From positions 62,001 through 126,000 of the forward strand of contig JABANN010000001.1 in NCBI GenBank assembly GCA_013115125.1: DNA of 64,000 bases, written 5' to 3'. The notes under the pieces were generated by a model. It did no database searches and had not been told where the DNA came from. It worked only from the letters and a program-made list of their open reading frames with translations. Below are positions 12,556 through 25,964 of this stretch, one piece after another. Made by a program: the position numbers and the translations under genes. This stretch comes from Perkinsus olseni. Taxonomy: Eukaryota. Numbering within the stretch: the stretch's first letter is position 1; each line of letters starts with the position of its first letter.

Positions 12556-13668
12556 ATGTCGGCCGGCAAGACCATGAATGAGATGAAGGCTTGGCAGGAG
12601 ATATTCGATAAGGAGAGGGCCCAGCAACGGAAGTGGATTCAGGATGTAGTTTGAACGTGACACGACAGCTTCAACAGACATCGCACTTTGCAGGCTTTTG
12701 AGGAGTATGAGAAAAGCGGTCAGAAGTTGCAGCCCCGGTACAAGTTTGATGGTGGGTGGCTGTACTTGGATTGATGGGCCGTTCAGCGTCGTGTGGTAGG
12801 CCGTGGATCTACAATGTGGATAGGCCTCAACGCTGACCCTTGCAAGGCCAAGTACTTGGCCAAGTTGGACCCTGGCCTCGGAGACAGGCCCGACCCTACA
12901 GTGAGCTAGCGCTAGTCGTCTCTGCGGTACTGTTCTCATATCTCGCCTACAGGAACCTCAACCTCCCCCTAAGAGCTCGGCTACGAGGTTTTTGGAACAG
13001 GTCAAAAGCGAAAGCGAAACTTCGTCGTCTGCTGTGGGTCATGTCTCCCATGCTGGTCTCTTCAGAGGTTCGGTCTGTCGTCATCGCCATACTGTCAATT
13101 TTCGTCTAAGAAAGTCCCCCGGGCCGAACTGCTGGCGCAGGATACAGCGGGTAGCTCGACGGTATCTTAGGTTGATTATGGTCCTTGATAGATGCAGTGG
13201 GCGAAGAGCTCCTCGTTTATGGAGTGAGCGGCGAAGGAGAGGGCAGGAAGGGCTACCTGGATTTCAGGAAGCTTGCCACGACCCCCCAGCAGGTGGGCGA
13301 AGCCTTCGACCCATCGAGCTTCTTACTTGATCTCGTATGTCTCCCAGCGATGTACCGGAGGCCCTGTAACGTCAGCCATGGAGGTTGGCTGGACAGTATC
13401 CACTCAGAGGGAGGCGCGACCGAGAAAGAACCTCTCGGCAGGTAGTCTGTTGTGATTTCTGGGGAGCGCTCAAATTCCCTGTCATTTCTTTCGTCGCCAG
13501 TCTTTGGGAGCGAACAACCGTTTGAGCCGAGGTTTTGCATTTTTTGTATCAGGAGCGCCTGACGGAAACGCGAGGGGTATGATGGAGGCCACCTTCTACC
13601 GCCCTAAAGTGGCCGGCCATGGCGTCCATCGCCGAGAGGATTTGGGGGCCTTAGCTTCCTCTTCGTGA
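12556..13668 (+). CDS. SPMIP1/ATP6V1FNB-like axonemal microtubule inner protein, multi-exon
   Basis: N-terminal KAWQEIFDKERAQQRKW; central LLVYGVSGEGEGRKGYLDFRK...PQQ...PVTSAMEVGW; C-terminal MMEATFYRP. These match my recollection of the SPMIP1 family pattern. Confidence 0.6.
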
Positions 13669-13790
13669 TGACAATTTACCAGTGTCGACTCACAACGGCA
13701 TGATCGTGCCTTACCTGTGCGATTGTAATGCTCCGAGTTGGCCTCTCTGGCGTGTAAGGGGAGTCCCGTAGCAATCTCTGTTTCACCTTC

Positions 13791-14664
13791 ATGGTCTGCT
13801 CCTTTGCTACTACCACTACAACCACCAATGTTTTCGATAAATTTTGTGACGGTGAAGTGTCGAAGGAAGTCGGCTGCTGCACTGAGGGCTTGAAGCCATT
13901 GCCAGAAGAAGCCTCTGTCTCTCTCGGCGGGTCAGCTATGCTTGATATGATCCAGACAGAGGAAGGCAGAGCACAGCTCAATCAGCAGCAGAAGCCCCTT
14001 GTGGAGCTGCTCAATCGCAAGGTCCTGAGCGTTCCTTGTTGTGGCCGGCATGCGTCCCGAGGATGATTTTTTTCAGGCACAGAAGCTTGGTCTTGGCTTG
14101 ACGATAGTCAGCAAGGGTTTTGCAGAGCCGTCGTTCATTATTAAGGCAAAGACCTCGACGATGTGCCCGACCCCTGAGCCCCAAGCAAAACTGAGTGATG
14201 ACGCTGTTGCTGCTGTCAATGGGGACGAGAGCGGCAATGAAGATCTGCTTGATGCTACGAAGATCGGTGAAGTCAACCCTGGTCACAATCATCATCAGTA
14301 CAATGATCTTTCTGACACCTCTAGCGATGGTACTATTACCGAGGTGGAAGATGAATATGCGGTCCCAGAACCACCAATTAAAAAACAAAGAACTCAATCT
14401 GGAGAGCTGCACAAGGAAGCCCCTCAGGATACCAGTGCCATGGTACAAAGGAAAAGGGCGATCCGTAAAGAGAGCTTATCTCGAGGTAGAAGGAAGGGCG
14501 GTAATCAACAGCAAGACGGCGGGAACTCAGGTACAGCCGCTGCTTCACCGTTAATGATATTTTGTAACCTAAATGGCCGTGATGAAGCGGGCAAGGGTGC
14601 CATGTCCCTGGTTGTGGAGGGTTTGGACGGCGTGGACAAGACACTAGTCGTTTCAGCGTGTTGA
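13791..14664 (+). CDS. Hypothetical protein (two ORFs probably joined by a short intron near 14021-14062)
   Basis: ORFs 13791..14066 and 14041..14664; low complexity, no recognised domain. Confidence 0.4.
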
Positions 14665-15644
14665 ATAGGATTGCCGTCAGTCACAATGGATTGCTGCTGC
14701 TACCCTTCTTGTCTGCTGAAGGTATCATTCTTATTTGTACTGAGGCGGTAAGGCTACCGCCGCCGCCGCCGTCGGGTGGCCTACCTCCCCGAAAGGCTGA
14801 TGGGTAATTTATTATTGCTCTATTATTACTATTTTCTGTCATCGTCGGTAGCATAATGAAAACTAGATATACTCGGGTCTTGGCGGACAGGCGTTCGAGG
14901 AGCTCCTAAATCTTCGATCGTCCCTAGTCAGGCTCAGCGGGAAGGGTCGCTATTGTCGTTGCATATTTATTCACTGTACCATGGCTGCATTGCTTAATAC
15001 CATCTAGTAGAAAAACAGGAAAAACGGTGATAGTTTTTGCTGCTTCTCGGACGGCGCCGTGGTCGTGTCCTTATCGGCCACTACGCCCGCTACCGAGAGA
15101 GGCTCTTATAAACTTGTGACAGGACATCGGAAAGTAAGGAGACTTTGTGCTCACAGTGATACTGCGTAAAGCAGCGGTATCTGTACCTGTTTGCTGCACG
15201 CAGCTCTTTTTTCACGGAGTCATCGAGTCTCCTGGATGCTGTTGATCGGGGTAACAACATCTTCCTTCTCACTACCAGCTGTACGCTCTTGTGGTGGAAA
15301 GTTTCCCCTTTCGGACACTCCAGTGAGGAAGTGGCTCACGGTGCTTGTTTCTATCCGATATTTCTGCTCGGCCATCCATCTTCTTCTGCTATGGCGCGAT
15401 GGCTGAGACCATCGAGCGGCCTTGTTGTACGGAGGGCTTTGCTTGGTCGAGGAGAGGATGATGGCCTAACTTGCCAGCCAATTTTGTTGCTCATACCTTC
15501 GTGGTGGTCGTCTTGACGAGGGTAGCTATAACCATCTATTAACCATACTTCACAGCTCTTGTGTTACGGAGTAGCTCACGGGGATCACCCACTGTGGGAA
15601 GGAAGGGTCGGGTCGAAGTCAGCTTTTCAGCGTTGTTAGTCGGG

Positions 15645-16200
15645 ATGCTCTTCTTTGATTTCTTCCAGAATCTTGTCGACAGCGGCGCGCAGGTCACCGT
15701 GGAAATGAAAAATGACGTTCAAATAACGGGTAGTATCCGGGGGGCTTACCGAGAGGGGAGGGCAGCGGGCGTCGTGGCAGGCACATTGCAGGCGGTGGAT
15801 CAGTACTTCAACGTCAAACTGAAGAACATCTCCATCAACAACCCGGAACAAGTAAGAATTCTGTGCCGACTAGCGCTGAATGCCGTCGAGTTTAAAAATG
15901 GCTTAGTGAGTGTGGTTGTCGACTTGCCCTGCCGAGGAAGGTCTTCCCGTGAGTATTGTTCTGGCGTGTTCCTCGTCTACCAGGGCTTTAGTATTTTCTC
16001 TCAGTACCCTCACCTGCTGTCTCTACGAAACTGCTTCATACGAGGGAGTGTGGTACGATACATCCACCTTCCAGATCTGCACACTGAGGTGAGAGCAGAG
16101 AGCCGCTATTGCATTTTATGCTACATTCCAGGCGTTAACTGATCAATGTCGCAAGGAGCTGGCTCAGGGTGGGGTTAACAGGATTGAGACTGCCAAGTGA
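15645..16200 (+). CDS. LSM2: U6 snRNA-associated Sm-like protein LSm2, 4 exons
   Basis: Spliced product MLFFDFFQNLVDSGAQVTVEMKNDVQITG/TLQAVDQYFNVKLKNISINNPEQ/YPHLLSLRNCFIRGSVVRYIHLPDLHTE/ALTDQCRKE...*. Confidence 0.95.
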
Positions 16201-16310
16201 TCATCAGCCGTGGCCACAAGTTACTGGCTTCTCGCGCTGTTGAGTTTTCCATTCCGAGGGGGTGGGCTTGTCTTCAACTTATGGTATCTTCAAGTGACTT
16301 CTCTCATCTC

Positions 16311-19300
16311 ATGGCTCGGCTCGGCGTGGACGCCCTGTGGGATGCGGACATGTCCTCGTCGGACGATGGGGACGATCTAGACGACAGCCCCCTGCACGGC
16401 CCTGAGGCCAAGACTATGGCTACAGGGGAGTGGGACAGGCTTCTTAAGGGCGCGGTAATGAGAGGGGATGGTGGCAGGGTCGTGCAACGTGTGGGACGCA
16501 AGAGTTGCTCTGGCTGAGATTTCGGTTCAGGGCTTTTTGATTCTGCCCATCACGATTTCGGAGTTCGTCTGGGATCCATCGTATTCCACCAACACAATCG
16601 TGCGCCTCGGCGGGTTGTATCGACAGATTTTACACTTGAACTTTTGCCAACTTTCACGACCTCTCCGGCTGGTCCCACGAGCCCATGCCAGCAAGATTTC
16701 AAATTACCTCCTTTATGGTACATCACCCCTCTGTAGCGTCAGTGCACATGGTCCATACCTTCCCATCGACACAACATTCAACCTCAGTTGCATGCGTTTT
16801 TAACAACACTCCCGAACACGCTCCGTTCTAGGGGGTGACAACGACGACAGTATATTCGAGTCCGCGAGTCGTTGAATAGGTATTGGATCCCTCGACCTCG
16901 GTCGAGGCTAGTGGTAAACTCGACGATGATGCCGATGAGGACATGTTCGAGGGTGGAGAGACCTCTACTGAGGAAGAGGAGGGCGACACGACTAAGGCAT
17001 CCAGGTCATACTGGGCATCGGGTGTGACACATAAGCAGACCGTGGAATGCAGCAGCAAGCGCGAGGCATATCTCGACGAGCGAGGGATAATAAACGATGT
17101 CACCAGATACAGCGCGGAGGTTGGTGAGGTCTTCGGTGGTGGGCGCGCTGTCCAGCCCGGGGCATTCGCTGCCTACAAACCCACTTACTACGACATGGTC
17201 TCCAGTGAGGCTGCAGCTGGACTGTCTCTACTGGGTCAATGGCCTAAGCTCAGACATGTAGTACCGAGCTTCATCAGTCCCAAGCAGACTCTCCCTCCTT
17301 CAGCCGTATCTGCAGCAGCATCTGTCCTTTCGGGCGACCATAGGGCTGGATGGTCGGATGGCCATGCCCGTCGAGTCCACGCTCAACCGATACCGAGTGA
17401 AGGTGCGCTCTCATACGTCATCTCAGTGAGCCACTACTATCCTTATCAGGTACTTCTTCCAGTTGTGCCTCCTGCGGAGAGTCTCGATGCTTCCTTTATG
17501 GAACAGTGTTGCTCGGCCCTCACCTCAGTGGACCCTCAAGGTGGTGTTCCGTCTGATGACAGTGTTATGCGTACTGTGCCTGTTAGAGTCTACTGCGGCT
17601 CCGGAGCTATTCGACATCTACCGGTCGTACGAGGGGGCCCCGGATATCCGTCGTAAAAGGAGTACCTTTGCTCTGCTGTCTGGCATGCAGGAAGGTAGAT
17701 GCTTGTTCACCGTCCTCAGCTCTTTCTGTTCCTGTTGAGCAATCATATAACTGTGTCGTAAGATTCATGATACCGTGACTGATGCAAGCTTAAGTAATGT
17801 GTGCGATCCTGGTTTTGGCCACGATTTCGCACAGAAACGTATCTCTCAAGGCTCTGAGATCATGATAACTGTGTCCCATCCGCGCGGCATCGATACGCTG
17901 CGGAATGCCGCTTTCCGTGGCTGCCTGATGAGGGCCTAGAAGGTTCTGTTGCCCTGGCTTATCTTCTACTTGTCAGACGGCACCTCAGACGATCTTCGGC
18001 CGTGGTTATCAGACGTGAACTCCCCCATCCCTGCGGAGTCTGATGCCTTGCAGCGAGCGTTCCATCAGCTCATCGCCGCTGACGTGAGCTCGAAGGCCAC
18101 CGGAAAGTTGGTATGTACGCGTGCGCCACGACTCAGGTGACAGGCGCGACCAGGTCGCTGCAAGCAGCTGGGTATCCACGACTGGCTCGTATCGCCGCCA
18201 TCCTCGGCTTCGACTCTACGGATTGGGAGAGTGCTCGGAGTAATATCATTACCTTCTTCCGTTCGACCACTCCCTTCATAGGTGAGGGCACGGTATCGAT
18301 TCTAAGGCAGCAGCTGGCTCAGTGGAAACTGGACAGCCCGGGAGAGATCAAAGGCACAGTGGCAGCGGTGTACCAACTCCTGGCGGGTAGGTGGCTCGGC
18401 AAGGCCTGGCAGTTCCAGTTCCACCATCCCTCAGGTGAGGTGGACTCTGCGGAAGTGCTCAGCCGTTGCTCGTCGTGGACTGCCAATTTTGCAGCCTACT
18501 ACTGCTACGGCACGAAGCCTGATGGGCAGCGATAGTAAGTCACTCTTCCGTGTGTTGACGGCGGCAAGGTCGTCGCCCTCAGCTCACTCGTGGAGACCAT
18601 TGAAGCTGTTGGCCAGGGCTCTGGTGTGGACTGGGAGCTCTTGAGAGTCCGGGCAGGGGTCGCCAAACCCGATACGTAAAAGTCACCTTACCAGGGTAAG
18701 GTGGATCCCTCTGGAGCTTGTTCCCCTTCACAGGCTAGCCGAGGCCCTGCTCAGCTGCGCCGCACCCGAACCCTTCACAGCCTTCCTAGCGTTCCTCACC
18801 TACTCGACTCTCGATGGAGGTGGGCTCACTGTGGTTGCCACCATCCGCATGTTCGTGTATCTCAGAGGCCACCTTGGGGTCCCTCCCAGCTACACGTTTG
18901 GCGACGGTAACGGCTCAATGGCTGGAGACCATCGGCCTGTGGCCGTGGGCAGCACTGGTCAGTCTGCTACTAAGCTCGGTTCCCTTCATCGTCGTGCTCA
19001 GGTATACTGCGAGTACCTGTGGGTGCCCTCGACGGCCGTGCAGCAGCTCGTCACCGACCTCATCTATCGTAACATACCACAGCCCTCTGACGCCTTCCTC
19101 CGCACCGTCTTGAGTCTGCCCATAGACGACCGAGGCACGCCTGTGTAGTGCCGCTGCCTGCCCTGTGTCGTACCTCGTCAACCCTTATCGTCTCTAGGTT
19201 TCCTGGAAGGGAAGGACTGTTCCCACAGCTGGTCATCGCAGCGCTCACGGCCCTCTTGGGAGAGGATGACCTCAATGCCCTGCTATGGTCGGCAGTGGCT

Positions 19301-19878
19301 CCACGGATAGACCCGCGGACGAGGGACTCCCGTATTACGAAGATACTGTATTGCCGTTGTCCTGACTGTGTCCTTCTCAGGTTTGACCTCTGCTGTGTGC
19401 TACATGCACGCTGGTGATTGGCGAGGGGCTGCTCGAGTCATCGACCGCGAGGTAGGCCGACCCAGGTCGTGTTGCGGCTTGCACGCATGCCCTTGTGTTG
19501 TCAGTTACTGAGCGCTCTCGAAGATGTCATCCTCGGTGGTGATGCTGTGCACAGTTGGATGAGTTCGATGATAGAAAGACTGGCGTTCCTGGCCAGCGGC
19601 GGCACCAGCGGCATCGCCGACCCGACCAAGGACTGGATACACTTTGCCAACGCTGTAGCTTAGAAGCACTTGTAACGCGTCCCAGAGTAGCGTTGCCGTG
19701 CAGGTCATGCATGACGATGTTCTTACCTCGAGCTTCCTGGCCAAGTGCAAGGCTAGTAACAACCTCGGTGAGGAGAAGGAGGCACTCCTGCGGGAAGCGT
19801 GAGTGTGCTCCCGACTGGTGGTCTGATGACGATCGAAATGGTGTTGTCAGGGCTTCCAAGTACTCCAGTAGCTCTTAG
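16311..19878 (+). CDS. Nup96-like scaffold nucleoporin, multi-exon
   Basis: Pieces GYPRLARI, LRQQLAQWK...VYQLLAG, SWTANFAAYYCYG and TAQWLETIGLWPWAAL resemble the Nup96 helical domain pattern. Confidence 0.55.
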
Positions 19879-19973
19879 CAACAACGTGTACCCGTTTCAA
19901 CGTCAATCGCTGAGTCGTTGCTTGAGTTGTTTAATACATCTGTAGGGGGTCCACCAGCCAGTGTTTTTGACCC

Positions 19974-21308
19974 ATGCATGCCTCCTCCCGGCTAGCCCGG
20001 CATGCCTTGAGGACTCTCGTTCGACCCAGACAGCCGATCTGTCGCCTCTTCTGCTCGGTCTCAGCGTCGACCCCTGACAGCACCAAGTAGGCCGCTCTTG
20101 CCTTGGTCTTCACGCTGCTACTACGAGTCTCTCAGAGTGGCGGACGGTGGCGGAGGCGCCGGCCCGGCGGAGCTTCTACGGCGGTTCACACCGCGGCCCT
20201 TCAATCCTCGTTTCGCTTACACTAGCCGGCCATTCTTCCCTATCTGCGCGAAGAACATGAGGAATGGTCACGGTCGGCAAGTGCGTTGAGAGGGCTCAAC
20301 CCTTTGCTACGCATATTACAACGTTAACTACAGGTTCAGAAGAAAAAGAAGAAACGCGTGAGAGGCAGAGGGAAGAGTCAGCGTGGCATCAAGCTACAGC
20401 ACGACCGAGGTATGGATGTGGTAAGACCGTAGCAGAATCCCTCAACAATCTGTAGGACCGACTGCCGCCTACTTTAGGACCCTGAGACGTGGGATGGTGG
20501 CAATCGGGCTTACTACACCAAGTAGGGCGCCCTGTGTTGTGAGGCGTCCCGAATGCGCGGCAACTCAGGTTCCCTAAGTGGCCGGGAGCTAAGAGGGAGA
20601 TGTCAAGCAAGTATCAGCAGTTGGAGACACTAAGCCTTGCTAGACTCAGGTGAGAGTCCTGTAGCGTGTTACCTATCCCCGCAGCTTCGTTTTCGTTAGG
20701 AAGTTCATCGAGCATGGTCGGTTGGACACGAGGTACCCCATCACACAGCGGCACCTCTTCGAAAGCAGATGCGTCAAACGTGTCCGCAATGGCGTCCGTC
20801 TTTTCAACTACAACGACTATCCTTTCCCGTAGTTTTCTTGCCAGTCAGCTGACGACGCCCGTCGACAGCTTTTTGACAGTTACAAGGTGAACATCGAGGT
20901 CGCCAGTGTGGATCAGTCGTCCATTGATATGATCAAGAGAGTCGGCGGTAGCGTGACTGTGGTGTAGGTGCCGTCTGGAGTTTCCCCGGCTGCTTGCATG
21001 GCTTGTTCCAGGTACATGGAGAGAGTAGCTCTTCGCGCCCATATCAAGCCGTGGAAGTTCGAGGTCCTCCCCAAGACAGCTCGCCCCAACCTAGCGATGG
21101 TGCATTACATGGAGAAGATGAGGGCGCGAGGAGCGAAAGTTCGGTGAGGTTTACGAATGAATGACGAGGGGCGTGTGGAGTCTGGCGTCTCAGATACATC
21201 AAGCCGTTGTGGCTATTGGATGAAGAGCAGCGTGTTCGGGCACAGCTTCGTGAAGAGATGGCCGAAGAGGATATCGCAAGGGAGACGGTACCCGAGATTA
21301 ATGCATGA
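19974..21308 (+). CDS. MRPL15: Mitochondrial ribosomal protein uL15m, multi-exon
   Basis: Presequence MHASSRLARHALRTLVRPR; KKKKRVRGRGK; FPKW; LSLARLR/KFIEHGRLDTRYPITQRHL; NIEVASVDQSSIDMIKRVGGSVTVVY...ALRAHIKPWKF. Confidence 0.85.
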
Positions 21309-21557
21309 ATGCACTTTAGCATGCGATGATTGTTTCTGTTGTATTGAACTTTTGCGCGGGGAGTGCCTCTGGATGGGGGTTGGTGCCCAATGGGAACCAA
21401 TGCAACCGTGGGCGTGAGTGACGAGCAGAACTCACTATTCTACCGAGCACTTCTCGGCAAAGCTGTAATTTGAAGTCTCCGCCCAGTTCGTACAAACAGT
21501 AACACAACACGTACGGCGATAGAATCGTAAGCCGATTGGAGCTGTAGCAGCAGCGAG

Positions 21558-23154
21558 TCACATCTCTTCATCAGACGACCTGGCCCCACTCTCGGTGGGT
21601 GAGGGCTTCTTGCCCGGTAGCCTCTCATAGTCGCCACGAACACTATCATCATCACGTGTAGGAATCTCCTCGTCGACATCGAGTTCGTCCAGCTCATCCA
21701 GGCCCTCCATATCAATCACTTCCACCCCTGAGGCGACCCTCACTTTTGCGGTCGGTTCCGCAGCAGGAGTCTTCATCCTTTCGCAGATGGCTGCGGTAGG
21801 ACCAGGCTCAACAGTCTTATAGATGGTGACGCCCGAGGCCACCAAAGCGATGACCATGAGCAGCAACAGCGAGCCGGTCAGGAGCTTTCCTTTAATAGTA
21901 CCCAAGTTGCCTGGTCTAGCACGACCAGCTGACTTGTGCTTCAATCGCATGTAAAATAGGGGCGGAAATATGTATAATGGGGGTAAAATAGGGGGGTAAA
22001 TGTATAAGCGTATACGTAACGGCCGAAAGCAGATCTATTTGCAGTGAGAAATTGGGTACTGTTATGGCAATCACGGCGGTGACGACCACAAGCAGGCTCC
22101 GTAGGCCACTAGTGATAATGAGAGTCGGCCAGCGCCCGAGCTTACGTGCCTTGACGGTGCCGTCCTCGAGGCCAGTGAGATACTCTATAGCGCGGCAGGA
22201 CGGGTGCAATAGGACCGCATAGTGGGTTGCCGAGAGCATGATGATGCCAACAAAAGATACGTATCCAAAAGCGTCTTTGGACATCGCTTCAAGCACATTG
22301 TCATAGCACAGAAGCTTCTGCCCCCAACCCAGATATCCAGCCAGAGTTACCAAGCCATAGATGAAGATGAGGCACGCGAAGGAGATGGCAAATACCTTCG
22401 GGGCGTGGGTGGGCTTGCGCATATCATGAGTAACCGTCGTCGTGCTACAAGTGACGGAGTAGGCGAAAGAGAAGGTCGTGTACCCTCCTATGAGTGACAA
22501 GGGCCTGTTCACGAGCGCCTCGTAGGGCGCATGGGGGCTAGCAGTAAATGCCTTGGATAAGCCGGCAGCCGTGAGTCCTACCAGGGTAAGGAGGATCGAG
22601 AAGACCCCCACAGTGCTGGACATGTATCCGATCTCTCGCATCGTCTTGAGCCAGTTGATAGGCATGAGGATGACGGTCCATATGATAACCCAGATATCAA
22701 CACCAATGCCGTCATAAATGTGGTACGAGTTTTGCCCTAGCAGAAGCATAAGGACACAGGACGTACCAATGAGGGAAATGTGGAGGCAGATGGCGACAAT
22801 AGTGCGGCCTACTTTCCCGAACGCAGCACGACCGAGGTCTTCATAGGTGGGGACGTGCTCGAGGCCGAGAGTCAGGGCCATCACTCGGCACTTATACAGT
22901 AGGTAGACCATAAACCACCCAATAGTGCCACACCCGAGCATAAAAATGATGCCGGGCACGTAGCCGACACTCGCCGTGGCCTTGGAGAGGGCGAGCAGGC
23001 CAACTCCAACAGCGGTCATAACCACATTGAAGACGGCAGTGAAGTCAGGCGTGCCGCCTACTTTAACACTCTTTCGACTCTGCTGGGACTCGAGACTTTT
23101 TACAGATGATATCGAGCTCACAGAGCCCCGGGAACGACGACGATTGGGCGCCAT
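21558..23154 (-). pseudogene. Third AAAP transporter paralog, frameshifted near 21951-22008 (pseudogene or assembly error)
   Basis: ORF 21916..23154 is collinear with the other two paralogs up to AVTYTLIHL. The conserved FPPLFYMRL and the last TM helix continue in another frame (ORF 21558..21950). Confidence 0.7.
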
Positions 23155-23375
23155 GAAGACGCGAGCTCAGGCGTGAAGAGCTTCCCAACTCAACTTGGAA
23201 GAGAAGTACTGACTACAGTTACTGTAGTACAGTATTTCCACTCCTTGCTGCAGTCCAGATAAACTCCGTGGCCCAGCCCTCTTCGCCATGCGTGATCTCT
23301 ATCGAAACTCACTATCAACTCGACGCAACAGGGCGGGTAGTTATGAAACTCGACAGAATGAACTACGCATCTAGA

Positions 23376-24785
23376 TTATGGAGAGAACCCCATCACGCTG
23401 AGCCGGCGAGCACAGACATGCTCTGCTAGCTGTTGAAGTATATGACCGATTCCCGAACCTGAGTAACAGCGAAATGAAAGAGGCAGAGGAATTGGGAGCA
23501 GGCCGATTACCGCACAGAAATGTATTATGGCCGCCACCAGAACAAACAGATGCCACACGCAGTGGAGAATAGGGACGCACTGAGAAGAGGGTTCATGATG
23601 GGAGGTTACGCAGGCGGGGATGTACTTTAATATTGTCTAGGATGTAAAACGGCAGGCCCGCCATGTAGGTCAGACCGCCACCAGCGATCAAATACTGAAT
23701 GTGAACCTGAAGGAAGAGTAGTTACTAGCTCGAGAACGGTCTATGACAACGCAGTTCCGACTGCAGGACGTGGCCGATGAGGCAGTCGGGTGGCGTGTAG
23801 GAGGAAGCAAGGAGAGGAAGGCGGCTTACAGGCGTTGAGGTGACGAACGTGTCATATACCGCCAGAGCCATCCATCCCATGACAACGTAGAGGATCAACT
23901 GAAGATACGGTGATGGTGTGGTATGAGGAGGGACGCCTGACTTACCTCGCCGTAGACATACAAAGGAGAGTGACGTATCTTAGGGAAGTGGACGGCTATA
24001 ATATGGGCTGTGATGCCGACACCAGCGAGAGCCCACTCGGCCGTCATCACCCAGCTTCCCTGACACACAGTAGACGCTTCTTTAGATAGACTTAGCGGCC
24101 GGCTTACATTAGGATCGTTGCCAAAGAGCAAAACACAGAACGGGGTGTAGCTTCCCGCGATGAGAACAAAGATCGAGCTGTGGTCAAGCACTTGAAAAAT
24201 CCTTGAGGTGAGGTCAAGCATGAAGAATGCATGAAAGAGGGTGGAGACGGCGAAGAGGAGCTGAAGGGGGCCGCTGTTGGACGGGATTGATGATGGTTGA
24301 ATTTACTGTGCAGCTCAGCATGTAGGCGATGACAGCTAGCTTGCAGCGGAAGGGGTCATCGGATGCGAGGACCATAAGGTCGATCAAACCGGGCACGATT
24401 AGGACTCTGAGAAGGGCGGCATCGACTGGAGTAGGGTCCTTGAGCGATTGGGCTTACACTCCTAGGCCATGAGTTAGAGCATTCCAGATCTCCTCAACGA
24501 CGAAGTTGCCGTCGATGTTCACACGGCAGTGGCAGCAGCACGAGGAGTGAGGGGAGAAGGCTAACAGAGAATAGTAACACAACGAACATAACGACCCCCG
24601 CCGGAAAAGGGTGCCCTACGCATCAGTCGGCGTTTCTCCTCTTCATACTTCGACGTCTCGGTGGTGGCCGTGGCAATCTCGCCTGAAGTTTCCTTCTCCT
24701 CAACCTTACTGTTCTGCTGCGCCACATTCATCTCCATCCCATCGGTCTGACACAGCAGCAGATACCCCTCCGAAGCTTACCCCAT
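23376..24785 (-). CDS. PAQR / hemolysin-III family membrane protein, multi-exon
   Basis: EEIWNALTHGLG, STLFH, FQVLDHSSIFVLIAGSYTPF, LYVVMGWMAL, GGLTYMAGLPFY, WHLFVLVAAIIHF. Confidence 0.9.
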
Positions 24786-24965
24786 GGACTTACTATGGCC
24801 TTGTTACGCTCATCAACGGCTTTCATGATCTTCCTTACATTCAAGTACCCGATGCTGAGGCAACACGATGATGACCATCACCTTGTTGGGCGTGGTGCCG
24901 ATGATGCTACGCGTTAAAACTGATGTCGAGGTAACGAAGAGTCCTCGGGCCTTCCTCCACTATTC

Positions 24966-25830
24966 TTAGAACGGATTCATGGCCATCCTCGTATCTAAGG
25001 TCGACTCTAGTACATGACGGAATATGCTCATCGACCCCACCCTAAGTAGTTGTGCGAGAGGATAAGATCCTTCAGGGACTTTAGTTGCACGACACCCTCC
25101 GCCAGCTGCCTCGCTCCATGGCCGTCGATGCCTGAATGGGAGCACTAACGCACAGCGAAGAATATCTTCAGAAGTACCAAGCCTTTGAAGGTCGAGCTTC
25201 TTGAGAGAGGTTGCGAGATGAGGAAGAGGAATCTGCAGCGCTCGGGCTATCCAGTTGCCCTCACCCCTCCAGCCACGACTAAAATGAGAATCGCTAGCAG
25301 TAAGGCGGAGCGATGCTACCACTACTACCTAAGATGGGTACCAATGTGGAGCCCTTGAACGAAGGGCGCCTCCCCGACCGTTTGCAAAACCGGCATGACA
25401 CTGGAATCTAGCGGAGACCTCAAACTCATCACCACTTGCGACCATCGTGTCACCAAGGCCGTGACGAAGGCCGGGTCAACCTGACGAGACGATAAGGGAA
25501 TCTTTGTTGCCATGAAAGCCTACTACCTTCGACCCGTAGGCATCACACAAGCCTGTGTAAAAATCCAATAGACATTTTGAACAATGCTCATCAAGAGTGC
25601 ACTCAGGGCACCTTGTAAGGACCGGCATGACGCAGTTGCGCCGACGCCGTATTCCACCTGACCAACCACGCTTCCCACCGAGAGGAGAATCTCCGCCCTC
25701 TTACAGCTGCTTTCCGCGGAACTCCTGCCGCCCTCATCACGATTTCCGGAGGACATTGTAGACTAAGAGAGGCCAGAAAGTAACGACTATCGGTACGGTT
25801 GTACGGTCCAGCGTTGTGCAAATTGTCCCC
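24966..25830 (-). CDS. Hypothetical multi-exon protein
   Basis: Consecutive minus-strand ORF fragments with intron-like gaps; no family recognised. Confidence 0.35.
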
Positions 25831-25964
25831 TCGACCTGCTCTACTAGCAACACAACAGATACAGGGCTCGGCAAAGGCTATCAAAAGACAGCATCATCAC
25901 GGCATGGTTGTGACAACAAAAAAGAGGGCTGCATGCTGGTACGATTTCCTGACCCCGAGGGCCG

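Noticed and set aside
14700-15500. Possible small minus-strand multi-exon gene upstream of LSM2
   Set aside because: Only short ORF fragments; no consistent model or family could be supported.
17861-17930. ATGATAA...CTGA unit with weak complementarity to 18S GCAGCCGCGG
   Set aside because: Imperfect C box and short guide; most of it appears to be a coding exon of the Nup96-like gene.
24867-24923. ATGATGA...CTGA possible C/D snoRNA
   Set aside because: Short (about 57 nt), weak terminal stem and no recognisable rRNA guide.
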